Numbered from the stretch's first letter, positions 1 to 9,717 are shown. The stretch: 25,902 nucleotides of DNA from Prasinococcaceae sp. CCMP 1430 (GCA_013416795.1 RQSC01000466.1:14947-40848); one strand, 5' to 3'. A program made the numbers and translations. Notes: generated from the letters alone by a model not told the origin.

Positions 1-57
1 CGAACACCACACTCGGTCGGTCGGTCGGCCTGCGCCCGCCCTCGCTCGCTCGCAACA

Positions 58-740
58 ATGGCCGCGCGCGCGCCGGTGCTCCTCCGCGTCGCCGCGGTCG
101 CGCTCGTGGCGGCGGCGGCGGCGGCGGCCCGGGTTGCCACGGCGGCGGCGCCTCCCGCCCTCACCGCCGTCGTGGCGACGGTCGACATGCCGAGCCACGT
201 GATTGCCGGGACCAAGTGGTCGCTCCACCTCGCCGCCGCCGGCCACGACGTGACGCTCGCCGTCCCACAGGGCGCGTCAGCGGCGCTGGCGCAGCGCGAG
301 CTCGACACCGACCCGGCCGGTGCGGCCGTCACCGTCGCTGGCACTGGCAGCCTGCAGGCATGGCCGCCGAAGGAGCTCATCGCCGCGCTGCGCTTCCTCC
401 CCAAGCCGCAGTCGTGGGCGTCTGTGCGCGCCGCGCTCTCCCAGGAGAGTTTCCTCACCTCCGTCTTCAAGATGGCGAACGACGCGCACGAGCCAATGTT
501 CGAGCCGCTCGCCGACCTGCTGCGCAGCGTGCGGCCGGACGTGATCGTCGCCGACATGCCCCTCGCGGCGCTGGCGGCCGATGCGGCCGAGCTGGCCGGG
601 TGCGATGCGCCGGTGGTCATGGGGGTGCCCTGGCCCTACGACACCCGGATCGCGTACGAGAGCGCCTTCGACGTGCCGGGAGGCTTGGTGCCGCGCCAGC
701 GGGGCTTCTTCCCGCACACCGCGCTGTACCCCGCCCGCGC
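58..740 (+). pseudogene. GT1-family UDP-glycosyltransferase, N-terminal domain only (about 225 aa, signal-peptide-like start); truncated or chimeric
   Basis: ATG at 58 in GCAACAATG context, followed by a hydrophobic leader. Motifs DMPSHV (catalytic-His position), LAAAGHDVT and RPDVIVAD are typical of the GT-B/UGT N-domain. After about 735 the frame becomes Arg-rich shadow sequence, and no C-terminal PSPG/UDP-binding domain follows. End coordinate approximate. Confidence 0.6.
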
Positions 741-745
741 CGCCG

Positions 746-1390
746 CCAGCCGAGCGCGCCGGCGCAATCGCCACGGCCGCTCGCGACGACGCCACCGTCG
801 ACGTGGAGGAGGAGGAGGAGAACCTGGACGACGACGAGCCCGTCTGTTACATCTGCCTGGGCGGCGCGACGGCCGACGAGCCTCTGGTGTCGCCCTGCGG
901 ATGCCCGCGGCGGACGCACAGCCGCTGCTACAAGCGCTGGCAGATGTACAGCTCCGGCCGACGCGAGGAGACCCACTGCAGGTTCTGCGACCAGCAGCTC
1001 CCGGACTGGAGGGCGTTCGACCACAACGACGCGCCGCCGCCGCGGCAGGGCGCGTCCTCCCCGGCGGGGACGGGCGCCGACGACGGCGGCGCGCTCGGCG
1101 CCCCGGCCGCGGCGGCCCCGCCCGCCGCGCCCAAGACGGTGTCGCTCGACATCACCTACGAGGGGCGCTGCTACTGCGTGACCGCCCGCGAGGGCGACCA
1201 GGAAGGCTTCGTCCGCACGGTGCGCGAGACCTTCGGCATTCCGCTGCACACGGCGGTGGACCTGCGCTTCGACCGCATCCCCGACCCGTTCGAGGACAAC
1301 TCCACCCTGCAGTTCGCGGGCACCGAGCACTTCGCGACGGCGATGGCCTGCATCACCAACGCGCAGCATCGCGGGCAGCGCGACGCGTGA
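746..1390 (+). CDS. RING-CH (RINGv, C4HC3) zinc-finger protein, putative E3 ligase, with a C-terminal PB1/ubiquitin-like small domain; 5' end missing or uncertain
   Basis: CYIC..LVSPCGCPRRTHSRCYKRW..ETHCRFC..LPDW at about 845-1010 fits the C4HC3 pattern. Stop TGA at 1388-1390. The C-terminal FVRTVRETFGIP..DLRF..TAMAC segment resembles chlorophyte RINGv family tails (from memory). The only in-frame ATG in the track (581) lies inside the UGT coding region. Confidence 0.75.
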   Translation, partial: PAERAGAIATAARDDATVDVEEEEENLDDDEPVCYICLGGATADEPLVSPCGCPRRTHSRCYKRWQMYSSGRREETHCRFCDQQLPDWRAFDHNDAPPPRQGASSPAGTGADDGGALGAPAAAAPPAAPKTVSLDITYEGRCYCVTAREGDQEGFVRTVRETFGIPLHTAVDLRFDRIPDPFEDNSTLQFAGTEHFATAMACITNAQHRGQRDA

Positions 1391-1467
1391 GGGGCGCGCG
1401 ACGCGCGACCGCGCGCGCGGCGGCGCTTCCTCGCCGTTTGAAAGAGACGCGCCGTTGTTACGCTCGG

Positions 1468-2783
1468 TCAGTGCCTGCGCCGGGCGACGAACTTCCGCTC
1501 GTTGGGGTTGCGGCTGGCGCTGCCCGTCCCCATCACCGCCGCGGCGCCCAGGTGGCCCTTGGGGAGGTTGACCGCGGTCTGCTTGTGCCACGTCTCGTCC
1601 GAGTACTCGGCGGCGAACACGTCCTGCATCTTGTCCTTGGGCCTGGGGCGGGAGTAGTTCCCGCGCTGCATGATCAGCTGGTCCTCGCACAGCAGCGGCG
1701 CCTTCTCGGCGCCCTCGCGGCCGCCCTTGGGCCTGGGCAGCGTGAACTTGGTGCCCCGCGTGGTGATGCGCTGCTTGCGCCCCACCAGCAGCCTGCCGCT
1801 CGGCGCGACCTCGACGGTGGCCTTGACGAGCGCGGCGTTGCCGCAGCGCTGGCAGAAGAGCCTCCCGACGGGGTTGATGGCGTTGCACGCGTGGCAGCGC
1901 AGGATGAAGCGCCGCAGCTGCGAGATGCGCCGCCCGTCGGGCGCCGCCAGCCGCAGGCCCATCTGCAGCAGCACGTTCTGCATCGAGTAGTCGCCCGTCG
2001 CCGACAGCACCGTCGACCGCACGCGGTCGCAGGGCAGCGTGAGGTCCTCGGCGGCCTCCTCCTCCTCCTCCTCCTCCGGCGCCTCCTCCTTCGCGGGCGC
2101 CGGCGCCCCCGGCGCGTCCGCCGCGCCTGCGGCGCGCGCGGCCTCGGCGGCCTCGGCGGCCTCGGCGGCCACTGTTGCCTTGTTTGCTTCGGCCATCCGC
2201 GCTGCCTCATCGGCGCGCAGCTTTTCTTCGTCCGCCCGCGCTTGCATGTCGGCCTCCAGGCGTTCGCGTTCCTCCGCCATGCGCTCGGTGCCTTCTGCGA
2301 GCTTGGCCGCCCGTTTCTTGGCCTCATCGGCCTGTGCCTGCAGGGAAGCCTTTTGCTCGGTGAGCGCGGCCTCGTGCGCGGCTTGCCTCTCCGCCGTCGC
2401 CTGCGCGAGGCGCCCCTCAGCCTCCGCCTTCTCGCCCGCGGCGCGCTCACGTGCCTCTTCGAGGGACCGCTGCGTCTGGATGCGCGCCTGTCGCACCTCC
2501 TCCTCGGCAGCCGCGCGGTACACCTCGCCCTCGGCCTCGAGCTTGGCGATCATCTGCTCCTGCTCTTCGAGGGCAGCTGCCTTGGCAGCCGCTGCCGCCT
2601 CCTCGGCCGCCGACGCGACCTCGGCCTCCCTCCTCGCCGTCGAAGAGGCTTCGACTTCGGCGAGACGCTCGCTGGCGCGTCTCTCCGCCTCGGCGAGAGC
2701 CGCCGCTGAGCGCTCGACCTCAGCTTNGGAGCCGGCTCCGCCGGCGCGGGCGCCGCCTTCTTGAGCGCCGCGAGGAACGACAT
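1468..2783 (-). CDS. NOB1: NOB1 18S rRNA endonuclease homolog: C-terminal Zn-ribbon half intact, PIN domain not present in this assembly
   Basis: TGDYSMQNVLLQMGLRL, LRCHAC..FCQRCGN, RGTKFTLPRPKGG, EDQL and RNPNE motifs match plant NOB1 (about 1468-2040). ATG at 2783 gives MSFLAALKKAAP, similar to plant NOB1 N-termini, but is out of frame with the rest across the N at 2727. Confidence 0.85.
2168..2726 (-). other. Ala/Glu/Arg coiled-coil coding segment embedded in NOB1, probably from another locus
   Basis: Charged helical sequence (AEVERSAAALAEAERR...AEANKAT) with many A/T-ending codons (GAA, GCA, ACA, GAT), unlike the GC3-rich NOB1 core. Bounded by an N at 2727 and a GCCTCGGCG x3 repeat at 2141-2167. 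Confidence 0.6.
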
Positions 2784-3240
2784 GGCCGCGCCCGCGCGTC
2801 TGCGCGCGGGGGGAAAAGAGAGGGCGGAGGGAGACGCTCGGAGGGAGGCGCGCGCCGGGCTTGCCTCCGCCACGGGGCCACGCCCCACCACCACCCCCAC
2901 CACCCCTCGCCGCGCCCCGCGCGCACGCTGTGGCGGCGGCTGCGTCGGTCGACCCCGCATGACGCTTGACCACAACTCCCGCCCACACATCAAAATGCAT
3001 CGCACATGCCACTTGTGATGCATTCTGATATTTAGATTCTTACGTTTATTCTGAGGTCCAGAAGAACTCACATTCGAAATGACGTATGGTACAGAACATC
3101 CAATTTGACATGCAAGTACCGAAACGCATGTATTTTGATTGAGGATTGGCCTCGCGCGGCGCCGCGAGCCGCCGCGCAGCCGCCGCGCCTGGCGTTTGTC
3201 TGGTTTGGGTTTGAATGTTTTAGGTGTGCAAAGCCGTGAA

Positions 3241-3248
3241 TAGGGTTT
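3241..3248. promoter_or_regulatory. Telo-box-like motif (TAGGGTTT = AAACCCTA on the minus strand) upstream of NOB1
   Basis: Exact 8-mer about 460 bp upstream of the NOB1 ATG. Telo-boxes are established in plant ribosome-biogenesis promoters. A single short motif could be chance. Confidence 0.3.
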
Positions 3249-4004
3249 ACGGTTGTTGGGTCGAGGCCGTTACGTGCAGCAGTGTCTGACCCTCGGAGGG
3301 CGGGAGAGGAGGGGGGGGGGGAGGGGGAGTTGTGTGGCTGGGGCTGCAGGTCTGCACGGACCGCGCCGCCGTAACGCGACGTCACCGAGGGGGGGGAGGC
3401 GAGGGTTGTTCCGAAGCCCTCGTGATGAGGGCGCGCGTCGGGAGAGGGCGAGAGGCGGAGGGCCGCGGCGTTGGCTTTGACCCGCGTTCGGAACTGACAG
3501 AACGGGGAAGGGGGCGCGAGCACGTGCGGCGTGCTATGTTCAGGCTGCGTGCGAGTTGCTCGGACGACGACATGGCCTTCGACGCACACCCTCGGAGGGC
3601 GGGAGACGGGACGGAGTAAGAGGGGCTGCAGGTATGCACAACGCGCCGCCGCCGCCGCGCGACGTCGCCCGAGGGTGGCTGAGCGCCCTTCCATACCTCT
3701 CGTGGGCAACCGCTCGCACGGCTCGAACGAAAGCTCTCGCACGCGCACGCGCATGTGGCTCGAGGAGCAATCTCTCGCGCGGACACACACATCCACACAC
3801 ACACACACACGCACACTCGCGCGGGGGGGGGGGCACACACACATCAATACGTGCAGCTGCCTTCGATTGAAGGTGCGTAAAATGGCTTAAAGAGGCGCGC
3901 ACACACACACATTGCAATAACCATGGTGATGGCGATGGTGGAGGAGCGCAGCCTGGCTATTTGGGGACGGTGGCGGGGCGGAGGGCAACAGTGGTGGTCA
4001 GTCC

Positions 4005-5080
4005 TTAGTCGCCAAAGTCGAAGGGTGAGCTCGTCGGGGTGTCCGTAGGTGCCCCCGTCGGCGAGGAAGTGGGTGTGTTCGTCGGCGTGTCCGTAGGTGC
4101 CCCCGTCGGCGAGGATGTGGGAGAGGAAGTTGGACTCTCGCACCTGCCGCAGACTTCGCAAGCATCGGGACAGCAGTCGCCAGACTCGACACAAACGTCG
4201 TCGCAAAAGCATCTGTCCCCCTCGCCCTCATCGCATCCGCCCTCCTCGCAGACCACGCAGACTCCGACGCTAGCATCACACGGGACACCCACACACGTAT
4301 TCTCAATGCACTCTGAGGCCGTCGGCGAGGCCGTCGGTGACGACGTTGGGGGTGGAGTAGGTGCGCTCGTGGGTGTGGTGGTGGGCGCGGCGGTAGGAAG
4401 ATCGGAAGGCGAGCCCGTCGGTGCGCTTGTGGGCGTGACCGTCGGGGCTGCGGATGGTGCGCTCGCGGGAGCGCCACTTGGGGCGCTCGTAGGTGTAGCA
4501 GTGGGTGGTTCGTTCGGGACGGGGTCGATGATCTCGTAGTACGGCTCGGGCTCGGGCTCGGGCACCACCACCGACAGGCGTCGAGGCAGCACTGCTCGCC
4601 TCCCGCGGCTGGAGCCGCCGTGAACGTCGGTATCGCGATGGGCAGCTCCTCGTCGCCCTCTGACGGGGTGAGCCGTTCCGGGATGATTGGGATGAAGCCA
4701 GGGATGAGGTCGACGGGCGCAGGCGGGTCGGCGGGCACGCAGTTGGCGCGGCACGAGCACCCCGAGGGCGCGAAGTCGTTGCAGAAGCCCACGCACGAGT
4801 CCGAGGGCGCCGTGGGCGAGGCGGAGGGCCGCGGCGTGGCGCGCGTGGGCGACTTGGTGGGCGCGACGCTGGGCGACTTGGTGGGAGACGCGGGCGCGTC
4901 GGTGGGTCGCAGGGGCTTGACGGGCGCGTCGGTTGGTCGCGTGGGCGGCTCCTCGGGCAAGTAGCTAATAGCGCTCGCGGGCAGCGCGGCGAGCGCGCAC
5001 AGCGCCGCCGCGGCCACGGCGACGGCCGCAACGCTCGCGGCCAGCTGCGCGTGGCGGCGCGCTGCCGCAGGCCTCCTCAT
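4005..5080 (-). pseudogene. Mucin-like Pro/Thr/Ser-rich secreted protein with somatomedin-B (SMB)-like Cys modules, copy 1; frameshifted near 4574-4578
   Basis: ATG at 5080 (GCAACAATG context) and signal peptide (AASVAAVAVAAAALCALAALPASA). Frame A runs to CCLDAC. The protein continues in another frame as VVVPEPEPEPYYEIIDP...CFCDDVCVESGDCCPDAC...FDFGD*, with TAA at 4005-4007. Homologous to the inverted copy at 5975-7220. Confidence 0.75.
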
Positions 5081-5859
5081 TGTTGCGAACAAGCTGGGCT
5101 CTCCCTCAAACGCGCCGCTCGCGTGGGGCGGAGTGTTGGAAGAGACGCGAATGCGCGCGGGCGCCGGGCGGGCACGCGCGAGCGACGAGGGGCGCGGCGC
5201 GCGAGCTCTGCGGTGTGGTCCCCTCTTCACGCCCTCGCTCGCGCCGTATTGTGCGCTCCCGCCACGCCTTCGCTCACGCCGCGTCTCCGCGCGCGCGGCG
5301 CTGGCGCTCGCGCGTGGCCTCGCTCGCGCTCGCCGCGATTTGGTGCCGGATTTGGCGCCGCGCGCCCGACTCCGCCCGGCCGCAAAACCACCGACCCACA
5401 CCTCTTTCGAATGCGTCTCAATTTGACCTATCGACACGGAGATGACATTACCTTGACTCCTGTCAATGAATCCTTCGAATGGCCCCACGGAACTCCGAAC
5501 TACTTACTGTATGTACAACTTTGATGGCAAAATGCTGCTTGACAGGCTACCAACGCACGCCTGCTTACGGTAAAACCACGGAAACTTTGTTGAAAAACGC
5601 TGCCGGTCAGGCTACGCCCGCCTGAAAGTCACTTTTACGGTAAAAACACTCGACAAGTACTATCTTAGTACTACTAAAACTTTGACTTTGATGATTCCGA
5701 GGTGTGGCGAGGCGACCCAAATCTGCCTTGCGACACGTTCAGATGTTTCGCATGCACAGGACGCAACCACGTGGCACGTGCGCAGTACTACTGGCCTCGG
5801 TGGGCCATGACCTCATTGTCTGGTCTCATCGAATTCGATAGGGGAAAAGGGCTCGAAAG

Positions 5860-7471
5860 ATGGGATTTGCCGGCGCCGGTCGGAAAAATCGTAATCCTCG
5901 CAATGTCTGCCGGCCGCGCGCGCGCGCTCCCGCCGGTCCGCATTCGGCGCGCGCGCGCGCGCTGGGCACACCGCGAGCGCAGCTGGCTGCGAGCGTGGCC
6001 GCCGTCGCCGTGGCAGCGGCGGCGCTGTGCGCGCTCGCCGCGCGGCCCGCGAGCGCGACTGGAAGGCATATTCTGAGCGAGCGGCCGCTCGACGTGCCCG
6101 TGGAGCCGCCCAAGCGACCAACCGACGCGCCCGTCAAGCCCCTGCGACCCACCGACGCGCCCGCGTCGCCCACCAAGTCCCCCAGCGTCTCGCCCACCAA
6201 GTCGCCCACGCGCGCCACGCCGCGGCCCTCCGCCTCGCCCACGGCGCCTTCGGACTCGTGCGTGGGCTTCTGCAACGACTTCGCGCCCTCGGGGTGCTCG
6301 TGCCGCGCCAACTGCGTGCCCGCCGACCCGCCCGCGCCCATCGACCTCATCCCCGTCGAGCGGCTCACCCCGTCGGAGGGCGACGAGGAGCTGCCCATCG
6401 CGATGCCGACGCGCGACTCGCCGTTCACGGTAGCCCCGACCGCGGGAGGCGAGCAGTGCTGCCTCGACGCCTGCGAGGTACGAGCTGCGCTGTAGTGGGC
6501 GCGAGTGCTCTTTTCGGCTGGCCTCTCGGCGCATGTTACGCGTGCTATGCTGCATTCGGTCGTTGACTCGTAGGTACTCGCGCTGCGCCGCGCCACTCGC
6601 TTTCGCAAATGTGCTGCTCATCTGCACGGCGCCGGCTCGCTCGCGCAGGCGTGCGGGTACGGCACCAAGAGCGGCTTCTCAGACAGCCCGCGCTGCGTGG
6701 CCGGCCTGCCGACCAAGGCGCCGACAGCCTTTCCGGTGGTGGTGCCCGAGCCCGAGCCCGAGCCGTACTACGAGATCATCGACCCCGTTCCGAACGATCC
6801 TCCCACTGCTACACCTACGAGCGCTCCAAGTGGCGTTCCCGCGAGCGCACCAACCGCTGCCCCGACGGTCACACCGACTGGTGCTCCTACGAGCTCGCCT
6901 TCCGATCTTCCGACCGCCGCGCCCACCACCACACCCACGAGCTCTCCGAGCGCACCCCCAACTTCATCACCCACGGGCTCGCCGACGGCCTTCGCAGAGT
7001 GTTCTGAGGAGACCATAAATACGTGCGTGGGTGTCCCGTGTGAGCTTGACTTCGGAGTCTGCGAGGTCTGCGAGGAGGGCGAATGCGTTGGGGGCAGATG
7101 CTATTGCGACGGCCTGTGTGTGGGCTTCGGCGACTGCTGTCCCGATGCTTGCGAAGTCTGCGGCAGGTGCGAGAGTCCGTCTTCCTCTCCCACATCCTCG
7201 CCGACGGGGACACCAACGACTGGCTGCTTTTGTGACTTTGACGGCCCGGTGGCGGCGGCGGCGGCGGCCCCGGTAGCGGCGGCGGTGGCGGCCCCGGTAG
7301 CGGCGGTGGCGGCGGCCCCGGGAGCGGTGGAAGCGGTGGCCCCGGTGGCGGTGGCGGCGGCACGGTGGCCCCGGTGGCGGCGGCCCCGGTGGCCCCGGTG
7401 GCGGCGGCCCCGGTGGCCCCGGTGGCGGCGGCCCCGGTGGCCCCGGTGGCGGCGGCCCCGGTGGCGTGTAG
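5860..7471 (+). CDS. Mucin-like SMB-domain secreted protein, copy 2; intron 6478-6648; Gly-rich tail needing two 1-bp corrections; start uncertain
   Basis: The phase-0 intron GTACGAG...CGCAG (171 bp) joins CCLDACE to ACGYGTKSG...VVVPEPEPEPYY in frame. Second module is CYCDGLCVGFGDCCPDAC. Tail reads GGPGGGGP repeats to TAG at 7469-7471. The in-frame ATG at 5860 has a poor leader. Confidence 0.7.
7364..7459 (+). repeat. 24-bp tandem repeat x4 (GGTGGCCCCGGTGGCGGCGGCCCC), encoding GGPGGGGP
   Basis: Four exact units read directly, preceded by degenerate Gly/Ser/Pro units from about 7248. Confidence 0.9.
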
Positions 7472-7560
7472 TGCACCAAACCAAAGGCGGACCCTTAGCA
7501 TGAGCGCTCTCCCGCACGCACTCTTCCTCCGCTTCCACTCCAAGTCGTCCTCCGCCCGAT

Positions 7561-7653
7561 GTGCAAGCGCCCATAGTAGTCAGGCTGCTTCGCAAGAACT
7601 ATCGCCCTCTGTGCGAGCGCCCATAGTAGTAAGGCTGCCTCGCAAGAGCTATC
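7561..7653. repeat. Two-copy direct repeat, about 43-bp unit, 50-bp period
   Basis: gtgcaagcgcccatagtagtcaggctgcttcgcaagaactatc (7561-7603) versus gtgcgagcgcccatagtagtaaggctgcctcgcaagagctatc (7611-7653), 4 mismatches. Confidence 0.85.
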
Positions 7654-7927
7654 CGAGTCCGCGTCGATGCCGGCCGAGCCGCTGGCCGGCGCGAGCGGCG
7701 CGCTCTCGGCCCCTTTGCACGTCGCGCTGATTGCCGCACGGGCCGCTCAATGACACACACAAACACGCACGGGCGCGCGCACACACACACACACGTGCGC
7801 ACAATAAACACACACACACACACACGCACGCGCACGCGCACGCGCGCAGTGCCCCTCTCAGGGACAGACCGATCGCCCGCCCGGCGGACCGCGCGCGGTG
7901 AAAAAAGGGCGCGCCCGCCGACGTGTC

Positions 7928-8963
7928 TTACGCGCCGCCCGCCTTGACGGCGGCGGTGGCGTCCTTGACGGCCTCGCGCACCGCGTCCTTGCCGAGCGTG
8001 GTCTCCACGCAGAGCTCCTGCACCTGCCGCCCCGCGCGCGCGAGCAGGTTGAAACCGTTGGGCGCGGGCTCCTGCGCGCGCGCGGGGTCGCGCGGGCGGA
8101 CCGAGGGCGCAGCGCGCCGAGTGTGAGCGAGCCCGGGCGAGAGCATCGCGGCGCGCACGCGCGAGCGCGCGCACGCACGGCGCACGCACGTGGGCACACG
8201 ACACACACACACACACACACATCAACGCACACATCAACACACACACGCATCAACACACACACGCATCAACACACACACGCATCAGCACACGCATCAACAC
8301 ACGCCCGATCTACGCTCGCACCTTGGCGAGCCACAGCTCGAAGTCCTGCGACACGACCTTCTGCTCGATGCCGCTGCGCCCCAGGCTCACGCGCTGGATG
8401 CCCTCGACGGCCTCGAGGCTGGCGCGCACGAGCTCCACGCCGGGCACGTCGCCGACGGCCTCGGCGCCGACGGCGTTGCCCACGTCGGCGGCCTCCTCGA
8501 ACACCTGCGGGCGCGCGCACGACGGGCGGAGGGCGGAGCGCACGAGCGGGCGCGCGCGAGTGTGAGCGAGCGGATCGAAGCACGCCCGCGCGAGCGTACG
8601 CGTCGACAGCAGACACACGCACACACGCACATGCACACACACACACACACACACGGAGAGCCAGAGCACGAGCGAGAGACGCACACGCGCGCACACGCAC
8701 CTCGTCGAGCGTCATGAGCAGCGGGTCCGCGGCCATCGCCTTGAGGCTGACGTTGACGCGGCAGCGGCGCGGCTCGGCGGTGAGCACGCGCACGCGCAGG
8801 CGCTCGCCCTCGCGCACGGCGTCGCTGGGGTGGCGCAGCGCCTCGTAGGAGAGCTCGGAGACGTGGCAGAGGGCGGTGAGGGGCGGCTCGCCGTCGAGCG
8901 CCACGAAGGCGCCGTAGTCGGCCACCTGCGCGCGCGCGTGTGTGGACGTGTTTGTTTGTGTGC

Positions 8964-9038
<75 letters not shown>

Positions 9039-9320
9039 AGAAGAGGAAGAGAGAGAGAGAGGGCGAGAGCACACGTGTGAGCGTGTGCATGTGCACGCAA
9101 GTGTGCGTGTGGGTGTGCGCGCGCGCATGCGCGCGCGAGCGCGCGTGCGTAAGAGACGGGCGGGAGGGGATGGGCGCACCTTGGCGACGACGCCCTCCAC
9201 CTCGTCGCCCGGCTGCAGCGCCGCGACGCGCTGCGCCCGCTCCGCCTCGCGCTCGGAGAGCACGAAGGTCTTCTCCTTGCTGCCGGGGCCCCACGTGCAC
9301 GTGAGCACGCGCAGCCGAAC
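7928..9320 (-). CDS. SRRP1: Plastid-type S1 RNA-binding domain protein (SRRP1/At3g23700-like); 3' exons 9320-9180, 8925-8701, 8504-8322, 8071-7928; 5' exons missing (gap)
   Basis: All introns are GT-AG and phase 0, and the spliced frame is open (230 aa) to TAA at 7928-7930. It has an S1 motif ([40 protein letters not shown]) and the C-terminal signature [23 protein letters not shown], recalled from plant SRRP1. Confidence 0.8.
8960..9060. repeat. Intronic (TG)n followed by (AG)n microsatellite
   Basis: Read directly; lies within SRRP1 intron 8926-9179. Confidence 0.95.
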
Positions 9321-9404
9321 CTGCGCCCGCGTGTGCGTGACAGCGTGAGCGTGTGTGTGTGCGTGTCAGTGTGGACGTGCGCGTGCGCGCGCGCGACGGC
9401 GCGA

Positions 9405-9510
<106 letters not shown>

Positions 9511-9717
9511 NNNNNNNNNNNNNNNNNNNNNNNNNNNNNNNNNNNNNNNNNNNNNNNNNNNNNNNNNNNNNNNNNNNNNNNNNNNNNNNNNNNNNNNNNN
9601 NNNNNNNNNNNNNNNNNNNNNNNNNNNNNNNNNNNNNNNNNNNNNNNNNNNNNNNNNNNNNNNNNNNNNNNNNNNNNNNNNNNNNNNNNNNNNNNNNNNN
9701 NNNNNNNNNNNNNNNNN
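9511..9717. other. Assembly gap (207 N)
   Basis: N run. Confidence 1.

Noticed and set aside
58-2709. 883-aa ORF as a single protein
   Set aside because: Only the first ~225 aa look like real protein. The rest is the off-frame or antisense shadow of the RINGv and NOB1 genes, kept open by high GC.
3068-3917. ORFs between NOB1 and copy 1, including a CAG|GTATG donor-like site near 3630
   Set aside because: No recognisable protein and no consistent exon chain could be built; treated as intergenic.
4519-4573. Repeated 55-bp cassette, or the 72-bp and 24-bp arrays, as CRISPR-like repeats
   Set aside because: They are coding, in frame, lack unique spacers of regular length, and sit in a eukaryotic intron-containing context.
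6967-7479. Minus-strand PPGPPPPG collagen/extensin-like ORF
   Set aside because: It is the reverse complement of the Gly-rich tail of copy 2. It has no proper start or signal, and codon variation favours the plus-strand Gly frame.
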